64,000 bases of DNA from Sphaerodactylus townsendi (lineage: Eukaryota): contig NC_059428.1 in the NCBI RefSeq assembly GCF_021028975.2, positions 64,046,001 through 64,110,000 of the forward strand, written 5' to 3'. Made by a program: the position numbers and the translations under genes. This document shows positions 63,081-64,000 of this stretch, piece after piece (the first letter of the stretch is position 1; every line of letters begins with the position of its first letter). The notes beneath the pieces were generated by a model. That model had not been told where the DNA came from. It did no database searches and worked only from the letters and a program-made list of their open reading frames with translations.

Positions 63081-64000
63081 TTGGGTTGGGACTGCACTGA
63101 AACACTAAAATACAAATATGGCTTTTTCTCATATTTTCACTGGATTATTTTTAGTAATCAGACCCTGGAAACCAGAGAGTTTGCACACATACCTTTGGGT
63201 TTCTGGGCCATTATTCACTAGACTCCTCTGGAATGCACTTCTAAGCAAGGCGTTACAGGAAAATAGTCTGAGTGGGACAGAAAAAAAAGAGTTGCTTTTG
63301 GGAGCCAAGTGGCACATCCTCATATCCTGGGCTTTCCTGAATGACACACAGTGATAAATGCTGAGTGACCAATAGAGAATGCATACTCAGCATTGCCATG
63401 TGCTTTGCACCCTTCTACTGTCCATAGTCAGTTCATCGGTCTAACCTAGCCACACTGTCCCTTTGTTGACTGTTATCTGTGTCATAAATGGAGTGGTATT
63501 TCCAGATGACTGCTCATTGTGTAAAGTCCTGGAACTTATATGTAAATCTGTTTCAAGTCCTTTCGGTATGTGTTGTCTCTGCGCCCAGGTAGGTGACTTG
63601 CAGCCCTTAGCCATTAATAATTTCTGAAAATAGATTAAAGTTGTCAGTGGGGTAAGGTGGTGGAGTCACTAACTATTAAAATTAGTTTTTGAAAATTGTG
63701 AAAAACATTATTTAATTCTTTGGCTAATGAACATAATAGCCAATATTCAACCACACAGTTTTGAAGACTCAAGGACAGTTTTCTAAAGAGGGAAGCAGCA
63801 ATCTTTGTTACTTCCTCCCAGTCCACTGATCCCTACCTGCAATATTTTTGGAGGAGGGTCACCAGTCCCTCTGGACCAGCATAAGGGGCAAAATGAGGGT
63901 CTGCACTGAGTGTAGGGGAATTGACAGAAGCTGCCACCCTACCTAACTTGTCTTTGCAGTATAATGAAATAAAATGAACATAGCTTTATTCACACATTAA

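Noticed and set aside
63644-63826. 60-aa minus-strand ORF faintly resembling CR1 RT (DW...)
   Set aside because: Too degenerate to assign.
57000-64000. Expected MAP3K7CL exons (e.g. ATGATTTCA at 57134, donor CAG|GTAGG near 63588)
   Set aside because: The ATG frame stops after four codons and no MAP3K7CL-like peptide was found; non-coding exons cannot be called from sequence alone.

Overview
Vertebrate genomic DNA, most likely a squamate reptile and probably a gecko, judged from its repeats (MIR/Ther1-derived Squam3-like SINEs with (TTC)n tails, 5S-Sauria-like SINEs, a SPIN MITE, L2 remnants). The window holds the conserved LTN1(-) / RWDD2B(-) / USP16(+) / CCT8(-) block, syntenic with human chr21q21.3. 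I traced the exons by hand from GT-AG sites and reading frame: LTN1 exons 1-6 (the gene runs off the left edge), four RWDD2B coding exons (290 aa from the first visible ATG), all 17 USP16 coding exons (904 aa) and all of CCT8 (548 aa). The main finding is a second, intact, paralogous CCT8 terminal exon (41449-41541) inside intron 14. It would replace the chaperonin C-terminal tail IIMAKPAGGPKPPSGKKDLDDDQND with IIMAKAAGGPKAPKSTGHWDKDDWKDDHEQ. Other findings: a 3 x 93-nt in-frame tandem repeat in USP16 exon 14, a diverged ~290-bp direct repeat bracketing both CCT8 last exons, and a young palindromic hAT MITE carrying ZNF143-like motifs. I recognised no coding exon in 57-64 kb, where MAP3K7CL would be expected by synteny. 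Comparisons with human proteins are from memory and need database confirmation.
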